This document shows, piece after piece, positions 59,426 through 64,000 of a stretch of 64,000 nt of DNA (positions are counted from its first letter, which is position 1; every line of letters begins with the position of its first letter). The DNA comes from an uncultured Candidatus Poseidoniales archaeon (GTDB lineage Archaea; Thermoplasmatota; Poseidoniia; Poseidoniales; Poseidoniaceae). The stretch is taken from the NCBI GenBank assembly GCA_964613395.1, contig CAZTGO010000005.1:336-64335 (forward strand), read 5' to 3'. The notes beneath the pieces were generated by a model. The model ran no database searches, had not been told where the DNA came from, and was given only the letters and a program-made list of their open reading frames with translations. The position numbers and the translations under genes were made by a program.

Positions 59426-62400
59426 TCAGAATCGAGAACTTGAACGTCCACTTCGCACTGCCTTGAATCCAGCATAGATGACAAGACACATGAGTAAGAA
59501 GATGACAAGAGTGACCCAAATCGAATTACCTTCTCCAGTACTACCGGCATAGAAATCGACTGAGAAATCAAAGTCTTCAACTTCAACATCGACATACTCT
59601 GCGTCATCTCCGATCACATCAACACGCACATCGTAGCGGTGGTTGCCTGCCGATGTTGCATTCAGTGTGAAGTCAGCGAACACAATTTCCTGAGCAGGTA
59701 CTGAAATCGTTGTTTGTAGTTCCTCATTTTCATCTGTCGTAAGATAAACAATCACACTGCTCGCATCAAGCATTCCATAGTTTTCGACTGGGATACTTAG
59801 AACAGTTTCGACATCTGCATCTGCAGATTTTGAAATCAAACTTTGGTCAACCTTTAGTTTGATTCGTGCTGCTTGAACTGTAACATCAACTGTTTTCGTA
59901 CTGACGCTATCGCCTTCGCTTGAAACAATGACAGAGAGTTCTTTTGTTCCCTCAGTGAAATTATCACCTGCAAGGATTGTAAAGGACATTTGTCGTGAAT
60001 CATCTTTTGAAATGGTCACACTTGTAAGCATTGGAGTAACGGACCAACCTTCAGGAATATTATCTACAACTTCGAGCGTAAATGTATCATCACCATTACC
60101 CAAATTTTCGATTGTGAATGACATTTGTCGTGAAATCGAAGGTGATAAGCCCACCACCTCAGTTTCATCAACGATTTCGAACTCATGGACTTGAGGAACA
60201 AATACATTCAGCGATATTTCACTGGTCTCAGCAAGTTGAGTTCTCATGTTGAGAAGTATTCGATGTCCTTCGTCGAGATGCCATGTTGTGTTTTGTGGCG
60301 GAAGGGTGATCCTCACAGACACATTTGTGGATTGTGTTACACTTGTGTCACTTGCGTTTTCACCTATACCAAGCTGAACTTGGAGTTCATCAACATATTC
60401 AGTTCCGTTGAAGAATTCAACAATCCAATCAGTCGAATCAGGTGCGGCAACAACTGAACCCGTGAGGGTAAAGAGGTCGTTCACTTCAGTACCATTGTAA
60501 TCAAGGTCGATATCAAATGTAATTTGTTCGTATTCAGTTCCAGATGGAATGGCATCCATTCGTTGTGAATCATTGACATCATAGCCTGCACCTTCAACGG
60601 ATGCATTCACAATTGTCATTGTTGTGTCTGAATTGATTCGACGGTTGTACTCAAGGGTAAGCGGTTGGGAACCGCTTGTTGGCACCGTTCCTGCTGCACC
60701 ACCGTTGTACTCCATTTCAAGTTCAAAATCATGTTGAATGGTGATAAACTCAGAATCCATGGAGACTGAACCCGCTGGTGCGAGGAAGAAGATGGTTCCA
60801 TTTGCGGGAGTTGTTTGAATAAATTCAATTCCGTCGCCGAAACTAAATTCAATTTCAACTTCCTCTGCAATAAGGCTGTAACCAGCGTCATCGCTTCCTA
60901 CGTGGTGGGCTACACCTTGGATATCAGTCCAAGATGTACTGAGGATAAGATATCCACCATTTCTCATTTCAAGGTCGACTGACCCTCCGTTCGAAACTGA
61001 TGCATCGAGCAAACCAATAGCGACACCCCCACCGTTTTCGTCGAGGTTTTGCGAAGTGACATACACGACCCATTCCCCTGGTTGTACTTCGGCTTCCCAT
61101 TCAAGGACTGTTCCGTTCATTGAACCAACGACTTCAATTGGGTCTCGATCGTATGCTGAAGTGGGGTAGAGCAGAATTGTAGCATCAACATTATCGGCAC
61201 CAACCAAATCAACAACGGTACCGCTAACTTGAACGGTGATTGCCTCAACTTCAATATCGTGAGATTCTGAGGCATTTTCAACAACATAGCCAATGCTTTC
61301 GTTGGTTGTTTCGTAGTACACCGTTCCGTATCCATCTTTTGCCACTGTGACATTGTAGGTGTCTTGTATTGGAACAAAGAGACGCCATACTCCGAATTCG
61401 TCTGTTTCAATGGTTTGGTTGACGGTTAATTCGTCGGAACTCAAAACCGAAACTTCCATTCCCTCGATGCCTTTTTGCGTGTCGGAACTTATCTGCCAGT
61501 ATACTTTTCCTCCAATCTGAACTTCCAAGTCAGCTTCCAGAGTCCCGAGGTCGAGATTAAACTCACCATCATGGTCATCTGTGTTAAATGGGTCATTGGA
61601 AGTGTTTAGCATCCAGTGTTTTGTCGATGTTGAATAATTCAATTCAAGACTCCATTGTCCAGGCATGAGGAGTTCAGTCGTGTAACCTGTTTCATTGGTC
61701 TTTTCAAATGTGATTTGACCATAGCCATCTTGACTGATTGCCTTAACTCGCTGTTCTGAGAGATTGTTCTGTGTCAATCCCTCTTGTAGTTGAAAACTCA
61801 CATTTACACCTTGAACAGTCTGTAAGTCCAGAGATGTCCGTAATTCAGCGTCTTCGCTAACACTCACAGGGCTTCTTAGAACTTCGGTAATATCACCTGA
61901 TGAATATGGAGCAACAATAAACAGCCAATCACCTGATGGAACATATTCTGCAAATGTACCATTTTCGTCTGATGCAATGTTGAAGTAATCGTCTTCGTCT
62001 TCATTATACATCAAGAAACTGTTCTGAATTCCATCTCCTGTAGAGTTGGTAAGCGTTCCGTTTACTCTGTAAGTTTCCTTAAACACAAGGTCGATCGCAT
62101 CTTCAGGACCGCTCAATCCAATATCTATAAGGTCGAAGAATGAAAAAGCAACTAGGTCATAATCCGTTGCATTTTCATCTCCAGCAGAAGTTCTGTTGAG
62201 GACAACTTGATAGCTTCCAGGAGTTAACGTAACCACAAGTTCACCAACATCATTGTAATCGTCTTCGGTAATGTTGACTTGAGTTCCAACACCCATTGGT
62301 TGAAGGTTAAAACTTGGTGAAATCTTCGTTCCATTGGTTGAATCAATATCGGCATTTGATGCCATGTACACATTAAGTGTAACTTCGATTTCATCTGGGT

Positions 62401-64000
62401 ATACATAGAATTCAAGGAATGAATTCTGCAGTGTTGTCGAGGTATTCACAATAACGCCTTCGATTGTGGTAGCATTGAGTAATTCATTTTCAAATTCGAA
62501 GTCATAGACGCCGTCAGGGAGCTGAGTGAAAAATCGCCCCTCGCTTGAGACAGTTGTGTTCCATGTTAGTCCATCTTCATTGGTTGCAAATAGATTCTCA
62601 GATTCCCAACCTGGAATAGTTGAATCCCAAAATGTGCCGTTATCGTAAAGATAAAGGAAGCCCTCAATGGTCGAAGTTGGTTCAAGGTAGATTGTTCCAA
62701 GGTCTATATCTTCAACTCCACTGACCTCAAGCAATTCACCATATGCCATCGCTCTGGTCAGTGAGAATATCGTGAAGTTGTAATCATGGCCACTAGGGAC
62801 TCGAATTGAGAAATTTCCTGAATCCGATGACGTCGTTGTGCTAAATTCAAGGTCACCTGAAACCATAGTGATAGGCGTATCTTTCACTGTTTCAGTATTG
62901 ATTAAGAGGAGATCAGGGTTATCTTCTGTTTCTGAATACCATTGGTGATAGTCATTGAGAGCACCGTTGTATGAACGAACAGACCCATTGAGGACTACAG
63001 ATGTTGAATATACGAATTCTTCATTGAGTTCATCATTTGGTTCCACACTAATTTTCTCGTACAGAACCATCGATTCATCGAGATTATCGATAATCGTGTA
63101 CTCTCCTGCAAGCAATTCCACGAAGATAATACCATCTTCGTCTGATGTTGCTTCAATAGGTTCAGCAAATCCGAGACCATCGTCGAAAGTGATCGTCCTG
63201 TTGGCTACATCGATGAGTGGTTCATTAGTGTCCACATCGAGTGGGGAAACCAATTGAATCGTTATGTCACCTGTTGGTGGTACATTGAACCCAAGTGTGA
63301 GGTTCTGCGACTCATCTGTAACGAAGAGTGTTTGATTCATATCGTACCAACCGTCACCATCTGCGTCAACCCTGTAATAATATTCACCAAAGGTGATTGG
63401 ACCGTGAGCAAACGAACCATTTTCATCCGTGACTATTTCAATCATCGAATCTTCTCCAAGAACAACATCAATGAATTCTATTGTCGTGTTTGCAAGAGGA
63501 TTGTTGTCGATATCAATGAGTGTATCACTAAAGTGTGATGCTGGAATTGACATATCAAGGTCGTAGCTAGGTGTAATTCCAACAACGACTGGGTCAGGAA
63601 GGAGTACTTCCTTTCCATTTTCCATCTGTGCAATCATATTGTACGTACCTGGAAGCAAGCCAGTTTTGTAGAATGACCCAGGTTCGACCATTGGTCCGGA
63701 GAATGTCCCGTTTCCAATAAATAGACCTGTTCCGTTGAAAATTCCAGTTCCATAGAAACTTCCTATGCCCTCAAAACTAACTCCGTCATCAAATTCCTGA
63801 ACGAATGTTGTGACACCATCAGAAGTGAGCATACCCTTTCCAACAAATTCTCCGTCGAAGAGATACTCTTGACTACCTTCACCTAGTTGGCAGATGGTTT
63901 GGTTGGCCGGCATGGCAAATTCAGTTGAATTCTCTACTGGCTCACATTGGCTCATATTTGTCGTGTTTTCAAGCCATGTTGCCTTGAAAGTACCTTGTCC
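59426..64000 (-). CDS. Giant (over 1520 aa) surface protein with CarboxypepD_reg-like and CARDB-like beta-sandwich repeats and a C-terminal TM anchor; N-terminus lies beyond the window end
   Basis: Hand check shows the frame is still open from 63955 to 64000 (GQGTFKATWLENTTN-MSQCEP...), so the gene is 5'-truncated by the window. Repeats follow the pattern G-x-V/L-x-D/N-x(n)-T-D-E-N-G-x-F, for example IEFIDVVLGEDSMIEIVTDENGSFAHGPITFGEYYYRV and FLMYNEDEDDYFNIASDENGTFAEYVPSGDWLFIV. CARDB-like motifs are FTIENLGNGDDTF and IPVENYGMLDASS. TM helix IWVTLVIFLLMCLVIYAGF with a short basic tail RSGRSSSRF. Confidence 0.85.
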   Translation of the reverse strand, partial: GQGTFKATWLENTTNMSQCEPVENSTEFAMPANQTICQLGEGSQEYLFDGEFVGKGMLTSDGVTTFVQEFDDGVSFEGIGSFYGTGIFNGTGLFIGNGTFSGPMVEPGSFYKTGLLPGTYNMIAQMENGKEVLLPDPVVVGITPSYDLDMSIPASHFSDTLIDIDNNPLANTTIEFIDVVLGEDSMIEIVTDENGSFAHGPITFGEYYYRVDADGDGWYDMNQTLFVTDESQNLTLGFNVPPTGDITIQLVSPLDVDTNEPLIDVANRTITFDDGLGFAEPIEATSDEDGIIFVELLAGEYTIIDNLDESMVLYEKISVEPNDELNEEFVYSTSVVLNGSVRSYNGALNDYHQWYSETEDNPDLLLINTETVKDTPITMVSGDLEFSTTTSSDSGNFSIRVPSGHDYNFTIFSLTRAMAYGELLEVSGVEDIDLGTIYLEPTSTIEGFLYLYDNGTFWDSTIPGWESENLFATNEDGLTWNTTVSSEGRFFTQLPDGVYDFEFENELLNATTIEGVIVNTSTTLQNSFLEFYVYPDEIEVTLNVYMASNADIDSTNGTKISPSFNLQPMGVGTQVNITEDDYNDVGELVVTLTPGSYQVVLNRTSAGDENATDYDLVAFSFFDLIDIGLSGPEDAIDLVFKETYRVNGTLTNSTGDGIQNSFLMYNEDEDDYFNIASDENGTFAEYVPSGDWLFIVAPYSSGDITEVLRSPVSVSEDAELRTSLDLQTVQGVNVSFQLQEGLTQNNLSEQRVKAISQDGYGQITFEKTNETGYTTELLMPGQWSLELNYSTSTKHWMLNTSNDPFNTDDHDGEFNLDLGTLEADLEVQIGGKVYWQISSDTQKGIEGMEVSVLSSDELTVNQTIETDEFGVWRLFVPIQDTYNVTVAKDGYGTVYYETTNESIGYVVENASESHDIEVEAITVQVSGTVVDLVGADNVDATILLYPTSAYDRDPIEVVGSMNGTVLEWEAEVQPGEWVVYVTSQNLDENGGGVAIGLLDASVSNGGSVDLEMRNGGYLILSTSWTDIQGVAHHVGSDDAGYSLIAEEVEIEFSFGDGIEFIQTTPANGTIFFLAPAGSVSMDSEFITIQHDFELEMEYNGGAAGTVPTSGSQPLTLEYNRRINSDTTMTIVNASVEGAGYDVNDSQRMDAIPSGTEYEQITFDIDLDYNGTEVNDLFTLTGSVVAAPDSTDWIVEFFNGTEYVDELQVQLGIGENASDTSVTQSTNVSVRITLPPQNTTWHLDEGHRILLNMRTQLAETSEISLNVFVPQVHEFEIVDETEVVGLSPSISRQMSFTIENLGNGDDTFTLEVVDNIPEGWSVTPMLTSVTISKDDSRQMSFTILAGDNFTEGTKELSVIVSSEGDSVSTKTVDVTVQAARIKLKVDQSLISKSADADVETVLSIPVENYGMLDASSVIVYLTTDENEELQTTISVPAQEIVFADFTLNATSAGNHRYDVRVDVIGDDAEYVDVEVEDFDFSVDFYAGSTGEGNSIWVTLVIFLLMCLVIYAGFKAVRSGRSSSRF

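Noticed and set aside
1-64000. Search for tRNA, rRNA, CRISPR arrays, IS elements, integrases and prophage genes
   Set aside because: Every gap longer than 60 nt (10555-10691, 15087-15175, 26325-26407, 33371-33459, 40452-40529, 46272-46451, 58023-58186) was read by eye. None shows cloverleaf-compatible stems, direct repeat-spacer periodicity or terminal inverted repeats. No ORF carries transposase or integrase motifs.

Overview
Gene-dense, moderately AT-rich chromosomal segment; most intergenic gaps are under 100 nt. It reads as archaeal: type II GAPDH, RNase P Rpp21 subunit, archaeosine synthase ArcS, archaeal-type PheRS beta and GluRS, ribosomal protein S15P/S13e, RNase HII, UPF0201 and class III (pilin-type) signal peptides. 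Bacterial-type Adk and DnaJ are also present. This mix, plus many giant secreted proteins, suggests an uncultured marine planktonic euryarchaeote (Marine Group II/III-like); that assignment is inference only. I saw no rRNA, tRNA, CRISPR array, transposase or integrase. By coordinates, about 33 kb of the 64 kb encodes nine large surface proteins (405 to over 1900 aa) carrying signal peptides or membrane anchors, interleaved with core translation and replication genes. Main second-look items: (1) a cytoplasmic C-terminal tail (acidic stretch, proline-rich spacer, terminal GLPxGWTMEQWxxYGxQ peptide) shared by two otherwise unrelated giant surface proteins, with looser variants in a third giant protein and a small soluble protein; (2) a translationally coupled operon of three oversized pilin-like proteins sharing an RDEx[GS] pre-helix motif, with no assembly ATPase, platform protein or peptidase in the window, abutted by a wHTH-STAND-TPR NTPase; (3) a 10.3-kb same-strand block of a beta-helix giant protein, a membrane-anchored subtilase and a giant CarboxypepD_reg/CARDB protein; (4) a 1913-aa protein with about 25 thrombospondin-type-3-like Ca-binding repeats and no membrane anchor; (5) a catalytically degenerate RecJ/Cdc45-like DHH protein next to rps15; (6) a Pcp-MutT fusion and a rearranged, apparently non-catalytic glutamate-synthase-like protein. 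All functional calls rest on motifs read by eye; no database search was run.
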